The notes under the pieces: generated by a model
Database searches by the model: none
Told to the model about the DNA's origin: nothing
Seen by the model: the letters and a program-made list of their open reading frames with translations, nothing else
Shown: piece by piece, positions 42,715 through 52,201 of the stretch
Numbering within the stretch: position 1 is the stretch's first letter
Layout: each line of letters starts with the position of its first letter
Translations under genes and position numbers: made by a program
Assembly (NCBI GenBank): GCA_963675245.1
Contig: OY775910.1
Span: forward strand, 96,001 to 160,000
Direction: 5' to 3'
Length of the DNA stretch: 64,000 nucleotides
From: Acholeplasmataceae bacterium
Lineage (GTDB): Bacteria > Bacillota_I > Bacilli_A > Acholeplasmatales > Acholeplasmataceae

Positions 42715-42897
42715 ATGCCAAAAGATAAACCTATTTATATTGATCCTATACATGTGATTGATGGATGCCCTGAATTAAAACCAACAAACTACACTCATGT
42801 TTCCATATCAGATTCTATGCATATCAGAGATGGTGAAGGTAGTGTAGTAGAACTATCCGAATTTGAAGTAGTCAGTGGTGAATTAGAAGATAAATAG
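42715..42897 (+). CDS. 60-aa acidic protein with own promoter, counter-oriented to the core operon
   Basis: TTGACT-N17-TATAAT (42658-42686), GAAAGGA SD. Confidence 0.55.
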   Translation: MPKDKPIYIDPIHVIDGCPELKPTNYTHVSISDSMHIRDGEGSVVELSEFEVVSGELEDK

Positions 42898-42937
42898 AAC
42901 TATTGACATTTAGTTTTATCTGAAGTAATATTGAGTC

Positions 42938-43006
42938 ATAGCAATTGATTTTATCGGTCGTAGGGAATCGTAACCTACCAGCTAATAGAATTGATTGCTT
43001 TTTTTT
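42938..43006 (+). ncRNA. Candidate ~70-nt countertranscript/immunity RNA
   Basis: TTGACA-N17-TAATAT (42903-42931); 15-bp stem 42940-42954/42985-42999 that pairs fully only as plus-strand RNA (G-U pairs); inner GTAGG/CCTAC; T8 tail. Confidence 0.6.
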
Positions 43007-43096
43007 ATGGAGAGATTCGCCACTGGATGGATCTATCCAGAGACGAATCATTTCCTATTCAGTTGTCAAAGATCGTGACGGTTCCTTTTTGAAAAC

Positions 43097-43124
43097 AAAA
43101 AACGAACCTACTAATAGATCCGTT
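43097..43124 (-). terminator. Minus-strand intrinsic terminator/attenuator just inside attR
   Basis: AACGGATCTA-TTAG-TAGGTTCGTT followed by T-tract on the minus strand. Confidence 0.55.
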
Positions 43125-43186
43125 GCTTACTTTAATTTTATGACCTTTTTTTACTCGAAATCCGTTAATTATAACTGGGACCCAAA

Positions 43187-43233
43187 GACTCTTAATCAGT
43201 GGGTCTACGGTTCGATCCCGTAAGGGGGTACCA
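43187..43233 (+). repeat. att copy 1 (attR of module 1): 3' half of tRNA-Lys
   Basis: 47-bp exact match GACTCTTAATCAGTGGGTCTACGGTTCGATCCCGTAAGGGGGTACCA. Confidence 0.95.
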
Positions 43234-43354
43234 TATTACAATAAGACGAATCTTGAGCAAAGCATAACACCCAAGATATGCTCCGTGACATTTCATCACA
43301 CATCTATGATAAAACAATAAATTTGCTTTGTCAATAAGAAAGGAGCATTTTAAA

Positions 43355-43567
43355 ATGCACAAGTTAAAAAAGATTCGTACTGATAAGGGTTTATCACAAA
43401 CCCAGGTTGCTAAGATTCTAGGTGTTGATAGAAGCTCAATATCTAACTATGAGAGAGGGACAAGGAAACTTGATCAAGATCAAATAGTTGCATTAGTCAA
43501 GGCTTTGAATACAACAGCTGATTACTTCCTAGGACTGTCTGAGACCGAAAAGAAAGAGCAACATTAA
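43355..43567 (+). CDS. XRE-family HTH repressor, module 2
   Basis: LSQTQVAKILGVDRSSISNYERG; leftward promoter at 43306-43334. Confidence 0.9.
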   Translation: MHKLKKIRTDKGLSQTQVAKILGVDRSSISNYERGTRKLDQDQIVALVKALNTTADYFLGLSETEKKEQH

Positions 43568-43618
43568 ATTGCTCTTTTTTTATTAAATTGATTTATATAA
43601 TCTAAAATTTTGTTTGTC

Positions 43619-44170
43619 TTATACGATTTCTTCAAAATATTCTTCATTTGTTTTAGTATCCGAGACAGCATTGAAAATAAAAGTAAATACTGAATCCTCA
43701 TCAAATTCATTTTCAATACCCTCTAGTGAAGCTGATAAAATATAATCAAAAAATAATTCTATGGATTCTTCTTTTAATTTATATCCAAATTGTTTCATTG
43801 TTAATATTGCACTAATATAATTAATAATAACCTCATTATTAAAGCAGTTATATTTGCGTACTTTTTCAAATACAGTTAGTTTATTATTTTGAAATACATC
43901 AATAATTTGTTCTGGTGATAAACATTTATTCATGTAAAATTCTAAAATGTCTACTAACTCTTTATCAGCTAAAACTTTAGATTTAATAGTTTTTATACCA
44001 GTTATTATTTCATCAGTTGTTTCATTATATTTTTCATTATGATGCCAATAATAATTTAGTATAAATTCCATATATGCAAAACATCCTTCTGAATTTTCCG
44101 ATATAAATTTATTATAATCTAAAGATAATTTAAATCTACGTGCTCTAAATTGGTTAAGTTCGTATAACAT
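43619..44170 (-). CDS. Hypothetical protein (cargo)
   Basis: 183-aa ORF with SD. Confidence 0.6.
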   Translation of the reverse strand: MLYELNQFRARRFKLSLDYNKFISENSEGCFAYMEFILNYYWHHNEKYNETTDEIITGIKTIKSKVLADKELVDILEFYMNKCLSPEQIIDVFQNNKLTVFEKVRKYNCFNNEVIINYISAILTMKQFGYKLKEESIELFFDYILSASLEGIENEFDEDSVFTFIFNAVSDTKTNEEYFEEIV

Positions 44171-44199
44171 ATTCTTTGTTCCCCTATTATTATTCTTTT

Positions 44200-44496
44200 T
44201 TATTTTCTTATAATGTTTTTTATTTTATCTTTGTAAACCATAAGATCTGGATACTTCTCATTTGTATATTTATATAAACCATTTATTATCAAATCAATAC
44301 TAATTGATCTTAAGCTACTCTTTAAATAATCTAAATCATGATGATCTTCAGAAAGATATTCCAGCATCATTTTAAATAAATTTATAAAAGTCTCTGCAAT
44401 TGGATCAGCTATTCCCTTGCCTTGTTTTAAAAAATAATAATGTGCTGTATTACTATTAAAAGAATTCAGTAATTCTAATGCATTAGTTCTAGACAT
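44200..44496 (-). CDS. Hypothetical protein (cargo)
   Basis: 98-aa ORF. Confidence 0.5.
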   Translation of the reverse strand: MSRTNALELLNSFNSNTAHYYFLKQGKGIADPIAETFINLFKMMLEYLSEDHHDLDYLKSSLRSISIDLIINGLYKYTNEKYPDLMVYKDKIKNIIRK

Positions 44497-44630
44497 TTAA
44501 TATTTTTATTCCTTTCGTTATTTTATCAAAGATAGATTCTTACAATTTGTGTTCACTTTATTGATTTATATAAATGGTTATACGCTTAATCATCAAGATT
44601 CATCATCAAATTCATTAATTTCATAAGCTA

Positions 44631-45452
44631 TTAATATTTATCTCTTTTCCCTTTGTTGCATCTCTCACACAAAGTTTGAAGATTGTCATCTGTTGACTTT
44701 CCACCTTTTGATACAGGCTTAATATGGTCAACTTCCAAACGAACTCCAGCGGCAGCTGTCGCCCCACAAATGCAACACCTGAAACCATCTCTTTTCATTA
44801 TCTCGTAACGTTTATCATCTGAAAGAATAGCGCGTTGTTGTTGTATAAATGTCATTTTTCCTTCTTTTTCCAACGCCACTCGATAACATTCTAAAATATC
44901 ACTAAACTCGTATCTTTCATTTCTATCATAGTCACCATACTGCGATGTTGCCATTAAATGCAATATAACACTTGGAAATCGTGGGTCATAAGTTTTTTTG
45001 CTAAGCAACTCTTCTTCATACTTTTTAAGTTCTTTAAATCTATTTTCGGTTGTCGATCCAAAATTTTTGGCAAACCAATTTCTATTATCATGAGGTGCAG
45101 TTGAGATATCCTTATAAAGTCTCTTTACCTCAAAAACCTTTAAAACTTTCTTTTTATATTCATTAAATATCATAAAAATATCAATGTATTTATTAACTAA
45201 TGATTTGTAAATTATCATCTCTCCAAATATTTTCCCAGATAAATATGCTTTAAAGTCAAACGAACTACCAAAAATGAATGAACCACCGAAATATGATTTC
45301 CCATATTTTGCTTTACTTGTGCGTTTTTCGTATTTTATCGGTTCTACTTTTATAGCATCAAAATTATAGTTGTTGTATTTTTTGTTAATCGTCTCAATTT
45401 CCAGCCACATTATATTATTTCTTATGCTTGTTTTTGCATCTTTAAATTGCAT
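44631..45452 (-). CDS. HNH endonuclease (C-terminal McrA-like domain)
   Basis: RDGFRCCICG..LEVDHIKPVSKGG..NLQTLCERCNKGK. Confidence 0.9.
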   Translation of the reverse strand: MQFKDAKTSIRNNIMWLEIETINKKYNNYNFDAIKVEPIKYEKRTSKAKYGKSYFGGSFIFGSSFDFKAYLSGKIFGEMIIYKSLVNKYIDIFMIFNEYKKKVLKVFEVKRLYKDISTAPHDNRNWFAKNFGSTTENRFKELKKYEEELLSKKTYDPRFPSVILHLMATSQYGDYDRNERYEFSDILECYRVALEKEGKMTFIQQQRAILSDDKRYEIMKRDGFRCCICGATAAAGVRLEVDHIKPVSKGGKSTDDNLQTLCERCNKGKRDKY

Positions 45453-45725
45453 ATTGTCTCCATTTGAACATATAAATTTTCATATGTATTTCTTCAATAA
45501 GATTTTGAAAATGGTACATTACTTATTAATAGTATACTATTTTTATGGATTAATTTATAATGTTAATTTGTCTATCAAAATATTTTAACACTCACTAATT
45601 ATACATCTTACTAATAACCTTTTGCTTTATCAAAGGACTAAAATATGAAATATAAAGTAAAGACTAATAATTAGTTTTTTGTATAACTATTCTATCAATG
45701 TTGTAAAAATGAAATATGGAAAAGT

Positions 45726-46682
45726 TTATTCTTTTACATCAGTAAATGGTGGGTTAAACAATCTCATTTCTGATGTTGGACCATCATTTGAAATCTCTAA
45801 TTTTTCATTTAAATGACCATGTAATATTTCAGAAGCAATTTCTCTTATCTTTTCGAAGGGTTCCCCAAGAACATCATAATAGTTATCAAAAATTTTAATT
45901 AAGTCATCAATTATGTTCGTTTCAAAGTAAATATGTTGAAGATATTGAATATCAGAAGAAAAATAATCGTTATCCATCCATGAATAACCATGTAATAATA
46001 ACTCTCTTATTTTTTTATGCATTTCAATATCTATGTTCCACGAAAAACCTCGGCCATAAATAGTTTTACTAATCATTGTTTTTTCAGCATATGTTATATG
46101 AAATGAATATCCTGAATCAATAATTATTTTTGGAAACATGTGAAATACATTACCACTATATGTCTTTAAATCATAATAAATTGAAATATTAGGTCCTCTT
46201 TGTCGTGGATCAAATAAATATCCAATGGTTTTTTTAGTGTAATCAAATTCGGAATTGAGTTCTTTATAATCTAGATACAGTTTGTAAGGTTTATTTAGAG
46301 CGACTATTTCTGTAGACAAGCAACTAAACAATTCTTTTAAATAACTCGTATAAGTGTCATTACTAATGTAATATTTTCCTATAGATTTTGAATAATCATT
46401 AAATCTTTGTATTTTATTTTCCCACAAGATCATTTCTGTCTTTTTTAAGTTTTCTAATTTTTCAAAATCATATTCATTTGGAATGAAAATCTCCAATTCA
46501 TCATCTGGCTTATTTTGATTTTGCTCCCAACAATCATCACATAGCCAATATCTATGTCTTTTAAATTCTCTCATGATAGACTGATGCCTTTGAGAAAAAG
46601 TGTTTGATGAAACCAAAACATCTGCATTGTATCGTCTACTACAAATCTTACAAATTCTTGTATCGGGTAAATACATTGGCAT
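45726..46682 (-). CDS. Hypothetical protein with N-terminal CxxC..CxxC zinc finger, coupled to the sigma factor gene
   Basis: CKIC...CDDC; starts 1 nt after the sigma stop. Confidence 0.6.
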   Translation of the reverse strand: MPMYLPDTRICKICSRRYNADVLVSSNTFSQRHQSIMREFKRHRYWLCDDCWEQNQNKPDDELEIFIPNEYDFEKLENLKKTEMILWENKIQRFNDYSKSIGKYYISNDTYTSYLKELFSCLSTEIVALNKPYKLYLDYKELNSEFDYTKKTIGYLFDPRQRGPNISIYYDLKTYSGNVFHMFPKIIIDSGYSFHITYAEKTMISKTIYGRGFSWNIDIEMHKKIRELLLHGYSWMDNDYFSSDIQYLQHIYFETNIIDDLIKIFDNYYDVLGEPFEKIREIASEILHGHLNEKLEISNDGPTSEMRLFNPPFTDVKE

Positions 46683-46683
46683 C

Positions 46684-47586
46684 TCATATCACCTTTTTTA
46701 ATTTTTTGATTGCTCTACTTTGAATCTGTCTAACTCGTTCTCTAGATATTCCAAATAAGTCTCCAACTTCTCCTAGAGTTTTTTCATCATAATCTATGCC
46801 AAATCTCATTTTAATAATTGCTTGTTCTCGTCTATCTAAAACTTGTAAGATATCATCCACAAATTCATCAAGCTCTTTTTCATTATTGTATTCTTCTGGA
46901 TTCTTATTTTTCTTGTCTTCTGTGAAATCTAGAAGTCTGGAATTATCTTCTCCTACACTTTGATCTAAAGATATCGCATCATCACTACACAAATAAACTA
47001 TCTTTAATGACGGTATTGATATATTTGTTAATTTTGAAACTGTTTCAATATCGGGTTCTACACCATTTTCTTTTATATATTTAATAGTCGCTTTTTTAAT
47101 AATAGCTAATGAATCATATATATGTACTGGAATCCTAATTGTTCTAGCTGTATTAGAAATTGACCTTGAAATGAATTGTCTAATCCACCAAGTTGCATAT
47201 GTTGAAAGTCTGTATCCTTTTTCAACTTGAAATCTGTCTATAGCTTTCATCAAACCCATATTTCCTTCTTGAATAAGATCCATCATGGGAACATTCGTAT
47301 ATCTATATTTCTTAGCTATATTCACTACCAATCTTAAATTTGAAACAACCAATTTATCTCTGGCTTCTTTTCCAAGTTCTATAATTTTTTCATCTTTAGA
47401 TTTACGAGCTGCCAATACTTTACCAGCAAGTTCAATTTCTTCTTCCTTAGTCAGTAATCGAATTTTACCAATATCCTTTAAATATACACTTAAAGAATCA
47501 TTTAAATTAACTAGATCTTTTGAATTTATTAATTCTGTATCCGATCCTTCTAATTCATGATTGTTCAATACATTTTTCGATTTCAA
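46684..47586 (-). CDS. RpoD-like sigma-70 factor lacking region 1.1 (cargo)
   Basis: DSLSVYLKDIG..LLTKEEE, NLRLVVNIAKKY, DLIQEGNMGLMKA, STYATWWIRQ, RTIRIPVH, TLGEVG..SRERVRQI; promoter TTGACA-N16-TATAAT at 47661..47634. Confidence 0.92.
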   Translation of the reverse strand: MKSKNVLNNHELEGSDTELINSKDLVNLNDSLSVYLKDIGKIRLLTKEEEIELAGKVLAARKSKDEKIIELGKEARDKLVVSNLRLVVNIAKKYRYTNVPMMDLIQEGNMGLMKAIDRFQVEKGYRLSTYATWWIRQFISRSISNTARTIRIPVHIYDSLAIIKKATIKYIKENGVEPDIETVSKLTNISIPSLKIVYLCSDDAISLDQSVGEDNSRLLDFTEDKKNKNPEEYNNEKELDEFVDDILQVLDRREQAIIKMRFGIDYDEKTLGEVGDLFGISRERVRQIQSRAIKKLKKVI

Positions 47587-47815
47587 ATAGTTTCTCCCAA
47601 TCTATTTTTATTTTTGTATCTCTTAACATACGAATTATACATAGCTAAAAAACTTTGTCAAGGGGTGTATTTTAAAAAATTTTTTGATAATACATAAATT
47701 AATTCTCCCCCAGAAATGCATTGATGTCTATATATTTATTATACACTGCACAAGTATATAAAAAAAGCACTTAAATAAGTGCAATAATTAACTAATTAAT
47801 TTGTAAAACTTCCTA

Positions 47816-47861
47816 ACTCTTAATCAGTGGGTCTACGGTTCGATCCCGTAAGGGGGTACCA
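47816..47861 (+). repeat. att copy 2
   Basis: 46-bp exact match to the tRNA 3' half starting ACTCTTAA. Confidence 0.95.
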
Positions 47862-47982
47862 AAATACAATAACGAGACTTAAGCAAAGCATTACTCCGCG
47901 AAGAGTTGCTCCGTGACATTTCATCACACATCTATGATAAAACAAAACATTTGCTTTGTCAATAAGAAAGGAGCATTTTAAA

Positions 47983-48195
47983 ATGCACAAGCTAAAAAAG
48001 ATTCGTACTGATAAGGGGTTATCACAAACCCAGGTTGCTAAAATTCTAGGTGTTGATAGAAGCTCAATATCTAACTATGAGAGAGGGACAAGGAAACTTG
48101 ACCAAGATCAAATAGTTGCATTAGTCAAAGCTTTAAATACAACAGCAGATTACTTCCTAGGATTGTCAGAAACCAATGAAAAAGGACAGAAATAA
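47983..48195 (+). CDS. XRE-family HTH repressor, module 3
   Basis: Protein identical to the module 4 copy. Confidence 0.9.
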   Translation: MHKLKKIRTDKGLSQTQVAKILGVDRSSISNYERGTRKLDQDQIVALVKALNTTADYFLGLSETNEKGQK

Positions 48196-48271
48196 AAATT
48201 TTGTCCTTTTTTAACTGAACGTTTTAACAAAACAATTTCTAAGCTGCTCTTTTTTAGGTAATATTGAAAAA

Positions 48272-48433
48272 TTATTTATTTTCTAACTTTAAATAACCAG
48301 CTAAAAACATTATAACAAATATAACTAACAATACCCTTGCACCAACTTCAGTTCTATAAATTGCTACAGTCATTACAATTATTCCTATGATACCAATTAT
48401 TGTAAGAGCGATATTTATTTTTTTTGAATTCAT
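48272..48433 (-). CDS. 53-aa two-TM peptide (not in ORF track), possible immunity partner
   Basis: MNSKKINIALTIIGIIGIIVMTVAIYRTEVGARVLLVIFVIMFLAGYLKLENK; GAGGTG SD right after the upstream stop. Confidence 0.6.
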   Translation of the reverse strand: MNSKKINIALTIIGIIGIIVMTVAIYRTEVGARVLLVIFVIMFLAGYLKLENK

Positions 48434-48442
48434 AATCACCTC

Positions 48443-49477
48443 TTAATAATCTGATAAATCATTGAAACCAATTGTATAACCTATTGAATTGAATTCTGGT
48501 ACTGGTTCTAAACTAATTCCGCTATAAGTTACATATGGATAAATCGGTGTCAATGTAATTCTTCCTGGATCTATTTTCCATCCGGAAAACTGGTGAACAT
48601 AAGTTCCTAAAATATCAATTGAATTAATTTCACTAGTTGATGGAATAAGTACTGTTTCAAACTCAAACTGCAATTCTGATACAATTTGTCCTTGTGTAAA
48701 CATTAAACCGAAATCAGAATATGTTATAAAAAATGATTCAGGAACTTCGTAAGGTACCATAATTGTTCGTTCGTTTGGAGTGTACTCATAAATATCATCA
48801 TCAGAACCAACAACAACTTCTTCTCTATCTTCATCAATTGATACAAACATTTCTCCATTTACTACAGTGTAATTAAACAGATGATATTGCATTTTCGAAT
48901 ATATTTTAGCGTGTTCTTCAGAACCAGCAGGGTAGTTTCCATTAATATCCGGTAAAACTTCTTCATTATTATTATAGTAGACAAACTTTGGCTTAAATAA
49001 TTCAGTATATGCTATATTTAGCAGGTCAATTAAACCATCGTCTTGCACTGAATCCCATTCAACTTTCATCCAATAATATAGTTCACCATATTGACCATAT
49101 GTTGGGAAATAAGTTGCTTGAATACTAATTGAAAAAAAACTGTTATTATTATATCCATCCTTTGATATCATCGGTGGAACATCTCCACCACCACCTGAAT
49201 CTCCACCATCATCAAATTCAAATCCAGCCCCTAAAACACTATAAGAAATAATATCATTTAATTCTTTCTCTTTATCGTCCTTATATTTCTTTAATTTCTT
49301 TTGATATTCTTCCTTTGAAAGATTGTGAATTGTGCTTACAGTCTTTCCATCGACTTCATTATTAATTTTTTGATAGTATTCTTTAACTTCATAGGTATAA
49401 CTTTCAATCGCACCAAATGAATTAATAGATAATCCCATAAAAATAAACACTAATAGAAATAATATAATCTTTTTCAT
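48443..49477 (-). CDS. Secreted protein (cargo)
   Basis: Signal peptide MKKIILFLLVFIFMGLSINSFG from ATG 49477 (GGAGG SD); Gly-rich linker. Confidence 0.7.
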   Translation of the reverse strand: MKKIILFLLVFIFMGLSINSFGAIESYTYEVKEYYQKINNEVDGKTVSTIHNLSKEEYQKKLKKYKDDKEKELNDIISYSVLGAGFEFDDGGDSGGGGDVPPMISKDGYNNNSFFSISIQATYFPTYGQYGELYYWMKVEWDSVQDDGLIDLLNIAYTELFKPKFVYYNNNEEVLPDINGNYPAGSEEHAKIYSKMQYHLFNYTVVNGEMFVSIDEDREEVVVGSDDDIYEYTPNERTIMVPYEVPESFFITYSDFGLMFTQGQIVSELQFEFETVLIPSTSEINSIDILGTYVHQFSGWKIDPGRITLTPIYPYVTYSGISLEPVPEFNSIGYTIGFNDLSDY

Positions 49478-49543
49478 TGCCCCTCCCAAGTTTTTTTTCA
49501 TTTTATCATATATTAACAGATATATCAATTGAAGTCTTTTTTT

Positions 49544-50761
49544 CTATATCTTACTAATAGGATATGCAATAACATCTTTTGTTAGATACATTGGATTTTC
49601 TATCATCGATAATAGATATTGTCCACCAATCACTATATCACCTTTATTCTTGATTGTATCAAAATTCTTTATCATATGTAATGATGGATGTGAAGTTTTC
49701 TTCACTTCAACTAAATATAACTTGCCATTTTGCTCTAGTACTATATCCACTTCATTTTGATCCCTATCTCTATAGAACATGAGATTTGGTTCAATACCTT
49801 TATTACGGTATGATTTTATAATTTCAGAAATCGCATATGTTTGGAGCATGAATCCTGACATTGCGCCACTTTCTAATACTTCTGAAGTTTGCCACTTCAA
49901 CAAGAATGAAGCAAGTCCAGTGTCCATAAAATATAATGTCGGTGTTTTTACTGCTCTAGATAATAAATTGTTTGAATAAGGTTTAGCAATATATACAATT
50001 GAAGATGCTTCTAATACGCTTAACCAGCTCATTGCTGTTTTTAAATCGATGCCGACTTCACTTGCAATTGAAGCATAATTTAGTAATTGTCCAGTTCTAG
50101 CTGCAACTGCAACCATAAATACAGAAAAACGATTCAAGTCTCTAATATTGATGATTTCTCTTACGTCTCTTTCAATATATGTAGACACATATGAACGATA
50201 AAACAGTTGCCAATCCATCATTTTATTTTCATATAATTCTGGATATGATCCTCGATGAATGATTGACCATATATTACTATTAAACGACTTTCTTTGATTG
50301 CTGATATATGCTATATCTGGTACAAAAACATCTTGAAAAGATTCTGTATTTATTTCTCTAAGTGATAAACCGGAAAGTGATAAAATACCGACTCGACCAG
50401 CGAGTGATTCAGATACATGATGCATCAAAGAAAATGTTTGCGAACCAGTTAATATGATTTGTCCTTTTTTCTCACTTTGATCAGCTAATAATTTAAGATA
50501 AGGAAATATCTCTTTAACTTTTTGTACTTCATCTATGATGATAGGCAATGTATGTGTTTGAAAAAATAATGCTGGATCACGTTTTATTTGCTCTTGAATT
50601 AGCACATCATCTAGAGATACATATTGATGAGTGTTACCAAATATTTTTTTAATGATTGTTGTTTTACCAACTTGTCTTTGTCCAGTCACCAATATGATTT
50701 TGAACATTTCTGACATTTTAAGCAAAATATCTTCAGCATGTCGTTTTATATAGTTCATCAT
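49544..50761 (-). CDS. AAA_14 + DUF4143 ATPase
   Basis: GQRQVGKTT, IIDEVQ, LTGSQ, ESLAGR, GSYPE, YIERD, KTPTLYFMDTGL, EVD..VEVK; promoter TTGACA-N17-TAAAAT at 50820..50792. Confidence 0.9.
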   Translation of the reverse strand: MMNYIKRHAEDILLKMSEMFKIILVTGQRQVGKTTIIKKIFGNTHQYVSLDDVLIQEQIKRDPALFFQTHTLPIIIDEVQKVKEIFPYLKLLADQSEKKGQIILTGSQTFSLMHHVSESLAGRVGILSLSGLSLREINTESFQDVFVPDIAYISNQRKSFNSNIWSIIHRGSYPELYENKMMDWQLFYRSYVSTYIERDVREIINIRDLNRFSVFMVAVAARTGQLLNYASIASEVGIDLKTAMSWLSVLEASSIVYIAKPYSNNLLSRAVKTPTLYFMDTGLASFLLKWQTSEVLESGAMSGFMLQTYAISEIIKSYRNKGIEPNLMFYRDRDQNEVDIVLEQNGKLYLVEVKKTSHPSLHMIKNFDTIKNKGDIVIGGQYLLSMIENPMYLTKDVIAYPISKI

Positions 50762-50904
50762 TAACCTCCGTCTAATATGGAATTCAATTCCATTTTAGCC
50801 GTTACATTATGTTTTGTCAATTGTTTTCATTATTAATACCTATACAAACGGAGTTTTTCGTTATGTTTTACTGGAGTGATTTGGTATTATTATCAAACCT
50901 TGTA

Positions 50905-50950
50905 ACTCTTAATCAGTGGGTCTACGGTTCGATCCCGTAAGGGGGTACCA
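50905..50950 (+). repeat. att copy 3
   Basis: 46-bp exact match. Confidence 0.95.
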
Positions 50951-51070
50951 AATTACAATTAAATGGACTTAAGCAAAGCATACTCCGCAAGAACTGCTCC
51001 GCGACGATATGTCACTACATCTATGATAAAACAATAAAATTGCTTTGTCAATAAGAAAGGAGCATTTAAT

Positions 51071-51283
51071 ATGCACAAACTTAAGAAAATCCGTACTGAT
51101 AAGGGTTTATCACAAACCCAGGTTGCTAAGATTCTAGGTGTTGATAGAAGCTCAATATCTAACTATGAGAGAGGGACAAGGAAACTTGATCAAGATCAAA
51201 TAGTTGCATTAGTTAAAGCTTTAAATACAACAGCAGATTACTTCCTAGGACTATCAGAAACTAATGAAAAAGGACAAAAATGA
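51071..51283 (+). CDS. XRE-family HTH repressor, module 4
   Basis: 70 aa, same protein as 47983-48195 with synonymous changes. Confidence 0.9.
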   Translation: MHKLKKIRTDKGLSQTQVAKILGVDRSSISNYERGTRKLDQDQIVALVKALNTTADYFLGLSETNEKGQK

Positions 51284-51383
51284 AAATTTGTCCTTTTTTC
51301 TTGATTGTCATTTATAATCAAATAATACCAATTTAAATTAAAATGTTAAAAGTTGAATCACATTAAAAACTAAACACTAATAT

Positions 51384-52175
51384 TTAACTTATTGAATAAT
51401 CTTGATCAAGTGGATCAATCGTATAAAAAACCAATTGATTTCTCAAAATTTCAAAACGAGGATTCAGTATACGATTAGTCGAATCCCAAGAAACTTGAAC
51501 AGACACTGAGCCATATGGATTGTTCTCAAATGAAGTCGAAATTTCTACTAATTGGCTTTGTGTATACAGCTCCGAAATATGTATTCTGAATGATGATATA
51601 TTCGTTAAAAATTGACCGCTATCAAAACTTCGAGAAATTAAAAAATCTGAATCTCCAAACAACTCAATTTCATTTGTTTGAACATCTCTAAACGTCTGGC
51701 TTATAATTGTAAATAGAGAATCAAACATCAATATATCCCCTGTCTGATTAAGATCATTTTTTACATAGTTTACAATATCAATTAGATTATCTTCATTCAA
51801 TGTAGAACTGTTTGTAGTTATATTATCTTCATATTTATTAAGTTGCAAAGTTTGTCTATCAAATATGTATTGATATTTTTGATTGTTGTAATAGTCATAT
51901 AATGTCATATCATCAGTCATCAAATATGCAAAAGATCTTTCTTCTTTAACTAAGATATAGTGTTCATTATTCGTTGTCATCGTATAATATACCCAAGAAG
52001 AATTCGACGATAAATAAACACTATAGATGTCTCCATCAATTTCCACAATATTCGAAATATTTTCGACCGTTAAATTTTGAAAAAAATCTATAAATTCCTT
52101 TTTATCAGATTGGTTGCATCCAAACGATGTTAAAAGTAAAAAGATTAATATCATCGATAATAAGATTTTTTTCAT
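51384..52175 (-). CDS. Lipoprotein (cargo)
   Basis: Lipobox SFGC; GGAGG SD. Confidence 0.75.
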   Translation of the reverse strand: MKKILLSMILIFLLLTSFGCNQSDKKEFIDFFQNLTVENISNIVEIDGDIYSVYLSSNSSWVYYTMTTNNEHYILVKEERSFAYLMTDDMTLYDYYNNQKYQYIFDRQTLQLNKYEDNITTNSSTLNEDNLIDIVNYVKNDLNQTGDILMFDSLFTIISQTFRDVQTNEIELFGDSDFLISRSFDSGQFLTNISSFRIHISELYTQSQLVEISTSFENNPYGSVSVQVSWDSTNRILNPRFEILRNQLVFYTIDPLDQDYSIS

Positions 52176-52201
52176 TTAATAACCTCCTTTTTGAATTGTG
52201 T

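Larger units (their letters stand above)
25882..43233. mobile_element. Module 1: complete integrated prophage-like element (~17.3 kb), inovirus/plectrovirus-like rolling-circle type
   Basis: Bounded by a 47-bp direct repeat of the tRNA 3' half; contains tyrosine integrase, Rep_trans, Zot-like ATPase, TM-rich proteins, XRE repressor and cargo. Confidence 0.85.
43234..47815. mobile_element. Module 2: core-less cassette (promoter, XRE repressor, five cargo genes)
   Basis: Between att copies; left ~350 bp homologous to the module 1 left end; no integrase or Rep. Confidence 0.8.
47862..50904. mobile_element. Module 3: core-less cassette
   Basis: att, promoter (47934-47962), XRE, cargo, att. Confidence 0.8.

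Noticed and set aside
42945..43223. 92-aa plus-strand ORF running into attR
   Set aside because: TTG start without SD; it crosses a terminator and the att repeat, and the region is better explained as RNA elements
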